A stretch of DNA of 64,000 bases, taken from Actinomycetota bacterium (GTDB taxonomy: Bacteria > Actinomycetota > Acidimicrobiia > Acidimicrobiales > Ilumatobacteraceae). Within the stretch, counting starts at the first letter, position 1; each line of letters begins with the position of its first letter. A program made the translations under genes and the position numbers. Shown here in pieces: positions 17,434 to 26,695 of the stretch. Under the pieces are notes generated by a model. The model was not told the origin of the DNA. It saw only the letters and a list, made by a program, of their open reading frames with translations, and did not search any database. The stretch covers positions 41,635-105,634 of the forward strand of contig CANGIP010000005.1 in the NCBI GenBank assembly GCA_947454105.1. Direction: 5' to 3'.

Positions 17434-18864
17434 TCAGAATTTGAAATATAAGAATGGACTAAACGTGCTCGAGAGTGCGTACATGGTGGCGATTGGGCCT
17501 ACCAGTGCGATGGCGGCTAGTCGAACAATCGAGGCCGTTCTTCCTTGCGCACGTGAGATATCTCGTCCGATATGAATCTTTGCTGGTAGGCACACCACCA
17601 ACAGTCCAACTGCAAGCCATACCAGCCGCTGGTCGGTCATGATTTCGCTCAAAGTACTCGGCCAACTCAAACCAGTAGGCCACAACATTGACTTAATCAG
17701 GGTAAAGCCTTGGTTAATGTCAACCGCTCTGAATAATGTCCAGCCAATACAGACGACAGCAAAAGTGATGATTCTCCGCAATGGAACGAGCCACTTCGTT
17801 TTGACTTCATTTAATCCAGTCAAGCGTTCAATGATTAAGAAACTTCCGTGGAAGACACCCCATGCAATGAACGTCCAGTTTGCTCCATGCCACAGGCCAG
17901 TCAACAAGAACACGCAGGCCAAGTTGATGTAGGTCCGGTTTGGTCCTTTGCGGTTTCCACCGAGCGGTATATATAGGTAGTCACGAAACCACGATGACAA
18001 TGAGATGTGCCAACGTCGCCAGAAGTCGGTGATTGACACGGCGCTATACGGGTGATCGAAGTTTTCGGGGAAATCAAACCCAAACATGCGAGCCAGACCT
18101 ATCGCCATATCGCTATAACCCGAGAAGTCAAAGTAAATCTGAATCGCATATGAAATTGCGCCGATCCAAGCAACTGCCCATGTCACGCGATTGTCGGGTA
18201 AAGCGAAAGCATGATTAGCGATTGCTGCAACTTGATCGGCAATCAGAATCTTCTTGCCAAGACCCCAGAAAAAGCGTGGTGCTCCAGCGGCAAAGTCGTC
18301 AAGGCGACGACGTGGTGTTTGAAGTAGGTCGGGTTCAATATGCGCGTAACGAACAATAGGGCCGGCAATCAAATGTGGGAAGAGCAGAATATAAGCGGCG
18401 TAATCAAGTAGTCGGGGAGCGGGTTTTGCATCGCCGCGAGAAACGTCAATCACATAGCTCATTGACTGGAATGTGAAAAAGCTGATGGCAATTGGCAGGG
18501 CTAGTGAAAGCTCGAAGTCGGCGTTGATCCCGATCTTGCTCAGTCCACTTGCAAACTGGTGCACGGCGAACCCGCCGTATTTCCAGAGAGCTAATGCTGC
18601 AAGGTCGGAACCTAGTACTAAACGCTTGAGCCAACGTGCTCTGTCGGGTTGACTCGTTCGCCACGCATCAATTTGGACGGCCGCGAAGTGGTTGATACAG
18701 ATTGAAGCCAATAACAGAACGATGAATGCGCCGCCACCCCACATGTAAAAGACTGTGCCGACGAAGGCGATGAAGAGGTTACGTAATCTCCAGCCACCCA
18801 GCCAATAGCCAAGCAAACAGAGGGGAAAGAATGCGAAGAGAAATACGGGATCAGAGAAAACCAC
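17434..18864 (-). CDS. MBOAT family O-acyltransferase (AlgI/PatA/DltB-like)
   Basis: 476 aa. 'MVFSDPVFLFAFFPL' N-terminus and 'LTGLWHGANWTFIAWGVFHG' with the conserved His. Confidence 0.85.
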   Translation of the reverse strand: MVFSDPVFLFAFFPLCLLGYWLGGWRLRNLFIAFVGTVFYMWGGGAFIVLLLASICINHFAAVQIDAWRTSQPDRARWLKRLVLGSDLAALALWKYGGFAVHQFASGLSKIGINADFELSLALPIAISFFTFQSMSYVIDVSRGDAKPAPRLLDYAAYILLFPHLIAGPIVRYAHIEPDLLQTPRRRLDDFAAGAPRFFWGLGKKILIADQVAAIANHAFALPDNRVTWAVAWIGAISYAIQIYFDFSGYSDMAIGLARMFGFDFPENFDHPYSAVSITDFWRRWHISLSSWFRDYLYIPLGGNRKGPNRTYINLACVFLLTGLWHGANWTFIAWGVFHGSFLIIERLTGLNEVKTKWLVPLRRIITFAVVCIGWTLFRAVDINQGFTLIKSMLWPTGLSWPSTLSEIMTDQRLVWLAVGLLVVCLPAKIHIGRDISRAQGRTASIVRLAAIALVGPIATMYALSSTFSPFLYFKF

Positions 18865-20039
18865 TAGTTTGCATCTTTCGATTCAAGTCGTGAAGCCATG
18901 GCATCGAGAAAGTCTTTTGTTCCATATGAGAAAAAGACATCCAGGGGCGGGTCGCTGAAACGGTCACCAACAGCACGTTCAACGCTCATGACCCATACCA
19001 AATCGGCTTGGTTGATTTCTGAAATCAAATCATCAGCAGTGAGCGCGTCAAAATGCACGAATGTAATGTCTGCGAAATAGGGAATGATTCTTGCCATTGC
19101 TTCAACTCCAAATGAGTCGACCATGATGACAGTCTTGGCAGTAATGAGTGAACCTTCTGGTCCGTTATTGGTGTAGCGACGGTAGATGTGGGTCATATCT
19201 TCGGCATCCCATATCTCCGGTGTCCCGGCAGTAATTTCAGGCCGGACCACTTCGTACAACGGAGTTTGATCTATAACCGGGTTGCCCTCAAGAAAAGTTA
19301 AATCACCGGTGTAATCAATGAGTCCCTTATATTGCAGCGCTGAATCGTCCCAAAGCCCGGGTTGTAACTCGTTAATCACAGCCTTCGCCGCAGCAGCACT
19401 TCCAGCGCTATCCCAGTGACTGTCTTTGCGTAAAAACAGAGGTTCGCGTGTCTTTTCCATTGCACTTGATAATGCAGATTTCAGATCAACGTAGCCATCA
19501 ATATTGGCTGCGCTTAACCCTTGCCACAAACCATCCGAATACTGGTTCAAGCAATCCATACTGCTTTGATCATCGGGCAAGAGTTCGCGATGCAATGTCG
19601 TCTTATTTGGTGCGACGGTATAAATCGCTTGGCGACCTGACTTTTCGATCACAGACATGAAGTTGCTTATGCCTGTGACTATTTGCGGAACAACTGCCGC
19701 GCTTTGGCAACCCATGCCGAAATCATCATTCAGAAATAGGTAGCCATCTTTGCCATGAATAATTCGCGGAACTGATCCGCCGCCAAATGCCGGGTCTTCG
19801 TGAAAAACATGTTGGTCAATCCAGCCGTCCGACTTGATTGCCCGCGAACGCAACGGGATGCGATCACCAATGAACTTGCTCAGTGTCGAAAAGCCATCCC
19901 AGCTCACCGAAAGCTCGCTGAAATCGGTCGCCGGACGATTTTCGACTGGCGCGCCACGACGTCCGCTGGCGTAGGCCAAAATTGGTCCGAAGAACAAAAG
20001 AAAAGCCAAGGATGCAGTAGCCAGACGACTGATCTTCAC
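18864..20039 (-). CDS. AlgJ/AlgX-type SGNH-like O-acetyltransferase partner, N-terminally anchored
   Basis: 391 aa. N-terminal hydrophobic anchor, 'LRKDSHWDSAGS' (D-x-H-W block). A 1-nt overlap couples it to the MBOAT gene. Confidence 0.65.
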   Translation of the reverse strand: MKISRLATASLAFLLFFGPILAYASGRRGAPVENRPATDFSELSVSWDGFSTLSKFIGDRIPLRSRAIKSDGWIDQHVFHEDPAFGGGSVPRIIHGKDGYLFLNDDFGMGCQSAAVVPQIVTGISNFMSVIEKSGRQAIYTVAPNKTTLHRELLPDDQSSMDCLNQYSDGLWQGLSAANIDGYVDLKSALSSAMEKTREPLFLRKDSHWDSAGSAAAAKAVINELQPGLWDDSALQYKGLIDYTGDLTFLEGNPVIDQTPLYEVVRPEITAGTPEIWDAEDMTHIYRRYTNNGPEGSLITAKTVIMVDSFGVEAMARIIPYFADITFVHFDALTADDLISEINQADLVWVMSVERAVGDRFSDPPLDVFFSYGTKDFLDAMASRLESKDAN

Positions 20040-20065
20040 CGCTCTTTCTTAGCAGTATGAGTGGT

Positions 20066-21034
20066 TCAACTTTGGGATTTGTGCCAGGTGAAGGCGCTAT
20101 TGATGATGTCTTCGTACGAGCGAGTTGCTGTCCACCCCAGTGTTTGCTGGGCAAGAGTCGCGTCGGCGTACACGATGGCTGGATCGCCAAGCCGACGTGG
20201 CGCAAATTGGTGAGGTACTGGCTTGCCCGACGCCTTCTCGGTGGCAGAGAGAATCTGCAGAACCGATGTGCCAATTCCGGTACCTAGGTTGACGGTCAGG
20301 TTGGGTTTTCCGTCATTCAAGTAATCAACAGCTTTGGCATGGGCATCAGCCAGGTCGTCAACATGGATGTAGTCACGAACCCCGGTGCCATCGGGGGTGG
20401 GGTAGTCGTTGCCCAACACCTTGATTGGTCCACTTGCGCCGAGCGCAGCTTTCATCACCAAGGGGATGAGGTTGGTGGTGATATCCCAGTTTTCTCCCAG
20501 TACTGCGTCGCTGCTGGCACCGGCGGCATTGAAGTATCGCAGGCTGACCCAACGCAAACCATGTGTGATGCCATACCAACTGATGATGCGTTCCATCATC
20601 GCTTTAGTTTCGGCGTATACGTTTTCGGGTTTGATTGCTGCAGATTCAGTGATGGGCAATTGATCGGGATTGCCATACACGGCAGCCGATGACGAAAAAA
20701 CGATCTGTCGCACATCGGCGGCCAACATGCCTTCCACAAGACCGACGGTTCCTTCAACGTTATTGCGCCAATACAGAAGAGGATGAGTCATTGACTCTCC
20801 GGCACTCTTATAGGCCGCGAAATGAATGACGCTGTCAACGTTGTGCTTGCGACAAATTGATTCAACGGCCGCACTGTCACAGATATCGGCGACTTCAAGA
20901 GTCGCACCAAGAAGGTTCTTTTCTGAACCGCGAACAAGTGAATCAAGAACAACGACATCACGATGTTGAGATCGCAATAAGCGCAACGTGTGTGAACCGA
21001 TATATCCTGCACCACCAGTTACCAGGATGGTCAC
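20066..21034 (-). CDS. galE: UDP-glucose 4-epimerase
   Basis: 322 aa. 'MTILVTGGAGYIGSH', 'YAETK', and a GalE-like C-terminal half. Confidence 0.8.
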   Translation of the reverse strand: MTILVTGGAGYIGSHTLRLLRSQHRDVVVLDSLVRGSEKNLLGATLEVADICDSAAVESICRKHNVDSVIHFAAYKSAGESMTHPLLYWRNNVEGTVGLVEGMLAADVRQIVFSSSAAVYGNPDQLPITESAAIKPENVYAETKAMMERIISWYGITHGLRWVSLRYFNAAGASSDAVLGENWDITTNLIPLVMKAALGASGPIKVLGNDYPTPDGTGVRDYIHVDDLADAHAKAVDYLNDGKPNLTVNLGTGIGTSVLQILSATEKASGKPVPHQFAPRRLGDPAIVYADATLAQQTLGWTATRSYEDIINSAFTWHKSQS

Positions 21035-21990
21035 GAAATTCCCTCAACTTCAATGAAGTGCTTGATCATGCGCTTCAACCCATCATGTAACGAAATCGTA
21101 GGTTCCCAGCCAAGAATCTCGGTGGCCAAGGCGATGTCAGGTTTACGTTGTAAAGGGTCCCCGTCGCGTTCGGGCGGTAACGCAACAGAGATGATTTCGC
21201 TTGATGAGCCCGTGAGCTCAATCACAAGTTCGGCAAGTTCGCGCATCGTGAATTCGCTCGGGTTCCCGATGTTGACAGGCATGTTGTAGTCGCTATCGAG
21301 CAAGGCCATGAGGCCTTGAACCTCATCGCTGACATGACAGAACGATCGAGTCTGTGATCCATCGCCGTGCAACGTCAATGGTTCTCCACGCAATGCCTGC
21401 ACGACAAATGTGTTCACAACGCGGCCATCATTCGGACGCATGCGCTCGCCGTATGTGTTGAAGATACGAACAATGCGTACGTCGACGCCGTGCACCCGGT
21501 GGTATGCCATGGTGAGGGCTTCACTAAATCGTTTGGCTTCGTCGTAACAACTGCGCGGCCCAATTGATGACACATTGCCCCAATAGGTTTCGGGTTGTGG
21601 GTGCACCTGGGGGTCGCCGTAGACCTCACTCGTTGACGTGAGAAAGAAAACTGCACCATCGGCTTTGGCGCGATCGAGCAAATTGCGCGTGCCTGTGCTG
21701 CCAACAGCGAGAATTTCGAGGGGCATTGTTGCGAAATCATTTGGTGACGCTGGGCTTGCATAATCGAGCACTGCATCAAACTTTGCTGTGAGCGCTTGGT
21801 GTGCGGGCCAGGGAAGTGTGATGTCATGCTCGATAAGAGTGAACTTGGTATTGCCGCTGAGGTGCGCGACATTTTCGTGACGACCAGTTGCAAAGTTGTC
21901 GATCGCCACAACGTCATCACCACGGGCAAGAAGTGCATCGGCAATATGTGAACCGATGAAACCTGCACCGCCGGCAAGAAGAATGCGCAT
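21031..21990 (-). CDS. uxs: UDP-glucuronate decarboxylase (UDP-xylose synthase)
   Basis: 319 aa. 'ILLAGGAGFIGSH', 'YDEAKR', 'RIFNTYGERMRPNDGRVVNTFVVQALRGEPLTLHGDGSQTRSFCHVSD' is typical of UXS. Confidence 0.8.
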   Translation of the reverse strand: MRILLAGGAGFIGSHIADALLARGDDVVAIDNFATGRHENVAHLSGNTKFTLIEHDITLPWPAHQALTAKFDAVLDYASPASPNDFATMPLEILAVGSTGTRNLLDRAKADGAVFFLTSTSEVYGDPQVHPQPETYWGNVSSIGPRSCYDEAKRFSEALTMAYHRVHGVDVRIVRIFNTYGERMRPNDGRVVNTFVVQALRGEPLTLHGDGSQTRSFCHVSDEVQGLMALLDSDYNMPVNIGNPSEFTMRELAELVIELTGSSSEIISVALPPERDGDPLQRKPDIALATEILGWEPTISLHDGLKRMIKHFIEVEGIS

Positions 21991-21992
21991 GC

Positions 21993-23276
21993 TTAGCGGC
22001 CAATTCCTTGATAGGTAAAACCGGAGCGTTCCCAGTCTTTGCGATCAAGCAAATTGCGTGCATCGACGATCTGCTTGCCGGTCATTTCAGTAGCAATCGT
22101 TGAGGGTGAAATCCATTTGAAATCATCCCATTCGGTAAGAACTGCAAGCACATCGGCACGTGAAGTTGCTTCATCACTTGATGCGGCAATCACAAGATCG
22201 TTCGGTATTCCGGTGCGAACGACATTGACGGTTGGGTCAAATGCCTGCACGCGTGCTCCGAGTTTCATGAGGCGTTCAATGATGGCGATGGCTGGCGAGT
22301 CTCGTAGGTCATCGGTGCCTGCTTTAAAAGTGAGACCCCAAACTGCAACAACCTTGCCAGATAAGTTTCCACCAGCGGCGAGTCGAATTTTGTCAGCGAC
22401 GCGATCGAGCTGCTGGTCGTTGACGGTAATGACACCCTTGAGAAGATCGAATGAATAGTCGGCGTCTTCGGCGATCTTGATGAGTGCTCGTGAGTCTTTC
22501 GGGAAACAACTGCCGCCCCAACCGGGTCCGGGACGTAAGAAGTTTTCGCCGATGCGCTTGTCACTACCAATTCCGACAACGACATCATTGATGTCGGCAC
22601 CGACACCTTCGCAAATGGCGGCGATGGCATTAATGAACGACAACTTAGTTGCCAAGAACGCATTGGCTGCGTACTTAATAGTTTCCGCCGATGCTGGGTC
22701 GGTGATAATGACTCGAGTTGAGAGACCGTCATAGAGTGAAGCAACTTTCATCGCTGCCGCCTGATCGTCACTGCCCACCACAACGCGGTCGGGCTTTAAG
22801 AAGTCTTGGACTGCCGAACCTTCACGTAAAAACTCGGGGTTTGACACAACCTTCACATCGGGGCGCTTCAAAGCCTTTTCAACGACCTTGGTTGAGCCAA
22901 CTGGAACAGTTGATTTATTAACAACGATTGCTTCAAAAGGAAGCACCACAGAGATTTCTTCGGCGGCCCGTTGTACATAACTGAGGTCAGCAGAGCCATC
23001 GTCGCCTTGAGGGGTGGGCACGCAGAGAAAAGCGATGTCACAGTTTTTCGCGGCTTCGGCCGAACCCACGACAAATGACAACCGACCTGACGCCAAGCCT
23101 TCTGCGACAATCTCGGTCAGTCCAAGTTCGACGATCGGAATGATTCCGTCACGGAGCTTGGCGATTTTGTCAGCGTCGATGTCGGCACAAACGACAGTGT
23201 GACCAAGGTGAGCAAGACAAGAGCCGGTAGTGAGACCGACATAGCCAGTTCCAACGACGGCGATGCGAGAAAACAT
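21993..23276 (-). CDS. ugd: UDP-glucose 6-dehydrogenase
   Basis: 'MFSRIAVVGTGYVGL' Rossmann start and 'GWGGSCFPKDS' catalytic Cys block. The ORF track extends to 23318, but the Rossmann position favours ATG 23276. Confidence 0.85.
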   Translation of the reverse strand: MFSRIAVVGTGYVGLTTGSCLAHLGHTVVCADIDADKIAKLRDGIIPIVELGLTEIVAEGLASGRLSFVVGSAEAAKNCDIAFLCVPTPQGDDGSADLSYVQRAAEEISVVLPFEAIVVNKSTVPVGSTKVVEKALKRPDVKVVSNPEFLREGSAVQDFLKPDRVVVGSDDQAAAMKVASLYDGLSTRVIITDPASAETIKYAANAFLATKLSFINAIAAICEGVGADINDVVVGIGSDKRIGENFLRPGPGWGGSCFPKDSRALIKIAEDADYSFDLLKGVITVNDQQLDRVADKIRLAAGGNLSGKVVAVWGLTFKAGTDDLRDSPAIAIIERLMKLGARVQAFDPTVNVVRTGIPNDLVIAASSDEATSRADVLAVLTEWDDFKWISPSTIATEMTGKQIVDARNLLDRKDWERSGFTYQGIGR

Positions 23277-23442
23277 AAGTGTGAGGATAGTAGTTGTAAA
23301 TGAACCAGCCACGGCCATTCAAAAGACCAAGGAAAAATCAAGAAGTAGGAAAGTCTGTCTCACGTTCTCCTTGTGCGGCAGGGGTACGAATTGGGACTTT
23401 GGGTATGCAAGTCCCGGTAATGAATCGCTGGTGTCGTACATT
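23277..23442. promoter_or_regulatory. divergent promoter region (ugd operon / membrane-protein operon)
   Basis: 166-bp spacer between divergent operons. It contains a small hairpin, gggact(11 nt)agtccc, at 23393..23415. Confidence 0.35.
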
Positions 23443-25050
23443 ATGAAGGTGGATGAGAAGCAGTCGGCCCTGTTGAAGTGGTTTGGCGTGGGTATTACGT
23501 CTCTACTTATTGGTATTTATCTCTTTTCACTGACGGCGCACAATACCTACACATTTGATGAATGGATGTTCTTTACAGGTCGTCGCGATTGGAGCTTCCA
23601 TGCCTTAGTTGCAAACCACAATGGACACCTTTCGATTGTCCCCGCAGCCATATACATCGCAGTATTCAAATTATTTGGCTACGCACATTATGAAGTTTTT
23701 CGGTTATTGGCTGTTGTCTTTCATCTAGCAGTGACATTGCTCGCCGCAGATCGCATTCGCCGGCGACATGGGTGGTTCATTGCATCAGCAGTTGGTGTAG
23801 CTCTCGCCCTGATGGGCGGTGGTGGCGAAAATATCTTGTGGGGCTTCCAAATCGGGTTTATGGGTGGCTTGCTGTTCTTCTTCATTGCTTTGCGGTGCTA
23901 TGAACGTTCTTCAGAGACGACCAATCTGGCTTGGTCATTGTTGACCATGATTGCCGTGTGCTTGTCGGTTGGTAGCGCTGGCACTGGCATCGGAAGTATT
24001 TTGGTGTTGTTCTTTCTGACCTTTCGCACACCACAATGGAAACGGCTCTGGTGGGTCAGTGTTGTTCCGGGCATCTTGTATGCCGTGTGGTATGTGCGAT
24101 ACGCAGGGTCGGACAACACGCATTCGGCCGTTCGTGCGATACCGCCATTTGTTGCAAATTCGTCTTCAGCTTCGATGTCGGCAATTTTCGGGATCGACCA
24201 CATTTGGGGTTTATTGATGATCGGTGCCTTAGTCGCATATTTCATTCGTCTTGTTCACACCCACAAGATTTCACGCCACTCTTTAGCCATTCCCCTTTTC
24301 GTGCTTTTCTTCTGGTTTGCTACTGCATATGGGCGAGCACTCTTTGGGCATCCAGAATCAAGCCGATACCTGTACATCGGAATCTTTGGAATACTTTTGT
24401 CATTTTCAGAGAACGTGACATCTCAACAATGGACAACAACTCGTACGGCCAAAATGGTGAAGATTGGTGTAGCGACATTGAGTGCACTCGCAATTTGGGG
24501 TTCTCACTCACAGATGCGATTCTGGTCTGACATTCATCTGTCACTGAGTGAAACTGCAGTCGGACAGTTATCGGTTGTTGAAGCGCATCGCGAGAACATT
24601 GATCCTGCGACAATCATTCAAACAATTGGTCCGGCTCCCGTGTTGCTCGTAGGTGATTATCTAGCGGCGATTGATGCCATAGGTTCGTCACCCGTACAAA
24701 ACGTGCGTGAGTTGGTTTCGGCTCCGCCACAAACTCGCTTGGCAGCCGACGATATTTTGTTTACCTTCGGTTTCGCAAGAGTTGTAGGCACCGAAAACGA
24801 ATTTGCGAACTGTGTGAGCCAACCGGAGTCGCAAAATTTGATATCGGTTGAACCTGGTGGAGAGGTTAATTTTGTCGTGACTCAACAAGTGACAGCAACC
24901 ATGGCGCGATTCTTTGACTTGTATTCGCGAGGAATTAATGACCAGATTCTTGAACCAGGTCATTACGTTGCCTTATTAAAGTCAGATACGTTGGGCGGAA
25001 GTCTCCATGTTCAGTTCAGCGACAGTTCGGCGGTGTTGATCTGTGATTGA
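23443..25050 (+). CDS. polytopic membrane protein, 'FDEWMF' family, paralog 1 (GT-C-like?)
   Basis: 535 aa from ATG 23443; the ORF-track start at 23263 overlaps ugd. Motifs are 'YTFDEWMFFTGRR', 'HNGHLS', 'HYEVFR' and 'NILWGFQIGFMG'. The C-terminal ~170 aa are soluble. Confidence 0.6.
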   Translation: MKVDEKQSALLKWFGVGITSLLIGIYLFSLTAHNTYTFDEWMFFTGRRDWSFHALVANHNGHLSIVPAAIYIAVFKLFGYAHYEVFRLLAVVFHLAVTLLAADRIRRRHGWFIASAVGVALALMGGGGENILWGFQIGFMGGLLFFFIALRCYERSSETTNLAWSLLTMIAVCLSVGSAGTGIGSILVLFFLTFRTPQWKRLWWVSVVPGILYAVWYVRYAGSDNTHSAVRAIPPFVANSSSASMSAIFGIDHIWGLLMIGALVAYFIRLVHTHKISRHSLAIPLFVLFFWFATAYGRALFGHPESSRYLYIGIFGILLSFSENVTSQQWTTTRTAKMVKIGVATLSALAIWGSHSQMRFWSDIHLSLSETAVGQLSVVEAHRENIDPATIIQTIGPAPVLLVGDYLAAIDAIGSSPVQNVRELVSAPPQTRLAADDILFTFGFARVVGTENEFANCVSQPESQNLISVEPGGEVNFVVTQQVTATMARFFDLYSRGINDQILEPGHYVALLKSDTLGGSLHVQFSDSSAVLICD

Positions 25051-26653
25051 GATGCCGAGGTCGTCAAAGTTTTACGCGAAATTGTTGGTTTCTTCGTCTT
25101 GTGCATTGGTCATTGCGATGTATTTGATGTACTTGGGTCGAGGTAACAATTTCTTTTTCGATGAATGGATGTTTGTTGTGAGCCGCCGTGGCTTGTCGGC
25201 TCATGCTTTGTTGAGTCCCCACAATGGACACTTGTCAGCTCTGCCTGTTTTTGCATTTATGGTTTTGCTGAAATTCTTTGGCCTCAATCATTATGAAGCA
25301 TTCAGGTTTGCCGCGGTCATTGTTCATTTGTCGGTGGCGCTCATGGCTTCTTTACTCGTGCGTCGAAACCACGGATGGTTAATCGGCACAACAGTGTTCG
25401 TGGTAATCGGGCTCATGGGGGCAGGATGGCAAAACATTTTTTGGGGTTTCCAAATTGGTTTCATGGGAAGCTTGTTCTTCTTTTTGTTGTCGTTGTATCT
25501 GTTAGATAAAGGTCGAACACAAAATGGGAGTCTTTCCTTTTTGCTCTCTTCTATTTCATTGGCTTGCTCATTGTTGTGTGCAGGTCTAGGAGTCGCTGGT
25601 CTAGCAGTCATTGCGTTACTTTGTTTATTCAGCGCTGATCGTCAACGAACGTGGTGGATACCGGTTGGGCCAGCGGTGATGTATGCGATTTGGTATCTGA
25701 AGTACGGAACCTCGCAAGCAAAATTGTCCGCATTGCACGGAGTTCCGTTGTATGCCAGCGAATCTGCATCAGGTTCAGCCGCCGGTTTTTTCGGAGTTGA
25801 TCAGATGTGGGGTGCGCTAGTCGTTGGTGCTCTCTTCTTTTTCTGTGCACAGCCAGCTATCCGTCAGCGTCTGACCATGAGATCAATCGCACTCATTGCC
25901 TTCGCAATTGTGTTTTGGACGATGGTTGGGCTGTCACGAACAGCAGTATGGGAGCCAAATGCCAGTCGTTATCTATATGTGGGGATTGTTGCTCTTGTTG
26001 TAGGCGTCTTGGACATCATTTTTGTTTCAGAGGCAGCTATCCCGTTGTCGTTGTCGTTGTCGTTGTCGCAAAAAGCAGGAGCGGTTTTGGTGGCATTTTT
26101 GGCGGTATGGGGATCACATGCTTCGTTAGTGCAGGGAGCGCAGTGGCTCAAGATCGAGGGAGACATTGTTAGTGCCGAGTTAGCAGTGGTCATGATGCAT
26201 CGGGAGAGTCTTGATCCACTGATTGCTGTAGATCCAGCACATGCCCCTATGTTGACGGTGGGGCCTTATCTTGCAGCAGTGGATGACCTTGGATCATCAG
26301 CGGCCATTGATCCACAAGACTTGCCGACGGCATCCGAACAGGCCCGACTGGGTGCCGATTTGCTCTTGAATTCATTAGTTAAGCCCCAAACAATGTTTGA
26401 CCCGGCTTTATGCAAGGTTGACAATCAGGCCGGAAGTCAAATTCAACTCATGCCAGGCTCGACGTTGCTCGTCAAGATTTTACAGGGGACCGCTTACGGT
26501 ATATCTCGGTTTGCACCGCAGGAAGTTTCTCGGGCAGGCATGCAAAGTATCGAAGCGGGCCTCTATGAGATTGATATTCCCGATGATGTCGTTGAAGTGC
26601 CCTGGACATTGACGCTTGAAAACTCGGCTGACGTTCGTATCTGTGACATGTGA
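25043..26653 (+). CDS. polytopic membrane protein, 'FDEWMF' family, paralog 2
   Basis: 536 aa, collinear with paralog 1 ('FFFDEWMFVVSRR', 'HNGHLS', 'HYEAFR', 'NIFWGFQIGFMG', C-terminal '..ICD'). 8-nt overlap with paralog 1. Confidence 0.6.
   Translation: MIEMPRSSKFYAKLLVSSSCALVIAMYLMYLGRGNNFFFDEWMFVVSRRGLSAHALLSPHNGHLSALPVFAFMVLLKFFGLNHYEAFRFAAVIVHLSVALMASLLVRRNHGWLIGTTVFVVIGLMGAGWQNIFWGFQIGFMGSLFFFLLSLYLLDKGRTQNGSLSFLLSSISLACSLLCAGLGVAGLAVIALLCLFSADRQRTWWIPVGPAVMYAIWYLKYGTSQAKLSALHGVPLYASESASGSAAGFFGVDQMWGALVVGALFFFCAQPAIRQRLTMRSIALIAFAIVFWTMVGLSRTAVWEPNASRYLYVGIVALVVGVLDIIFVSEAAIPLSLSLSLSQKAGAVLVAFLAVWGSHASLVQGAQWLKIEGDIVSAELAVVMMHRESLDPLIAVDPAHAPMLTVGPYLAAVDDLGSSAAIDPQDLPTASEQARLGADLLLNSLVKPQTMFDPALCKVDNQAGSQIQLMPGSTLLVKILQGTAYGISRFAPQEVSRAGMQSIEAGLYEIDIPDDVVEVPWTLTLENSADVRICDM
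26044..26067 (+). repeat. (gttgtc)x4 hexanucleotide repeat encoding LSLSLSLS
   Basis: Direct reading inside paralog 2. The unit is in frame. Confidence 0.9.
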
Positions 26654-26695
26654 ATGAAAGGTCTAGGCCCGGGCTCAGGGGTACAGTTGAGGTCT

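Noticed and set aside
21414-21977. 187-aa minus-strand alternative-frame ORF inside uxs (similar cases: 22265..22744 in ugd, 38508..39050 in AT3-SGNH, 24036..24530 in membrane paralog 1, 36367..36855)
   Set aside because: These ORFs overlap genes with clear family motifs. None has independent motif, start-site or coupling evidence.
23263-23442. N-terminal extension of membrane paralog 1 given by the ORF track (similar extensions at 21993..23318, 26654, 27853, 31925, 44226, 51658, 56353)
   Set aside because: The extensions overlap neighbouring genes or precede the obvious Rossmann, signal-peptide or TM start. Internal starts give standard 4-nt couplings or sensible spacers. Starts remain unverified.
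26044-26067. Possible CRISPR-like or phase-variable repeat (gttgtc)x4
   Set aside because: It is too short, has no spacers, and lies within a CDS. The unit is a multiple of 3, so it cannot frameshift. It is recorded only as a simple repeat.
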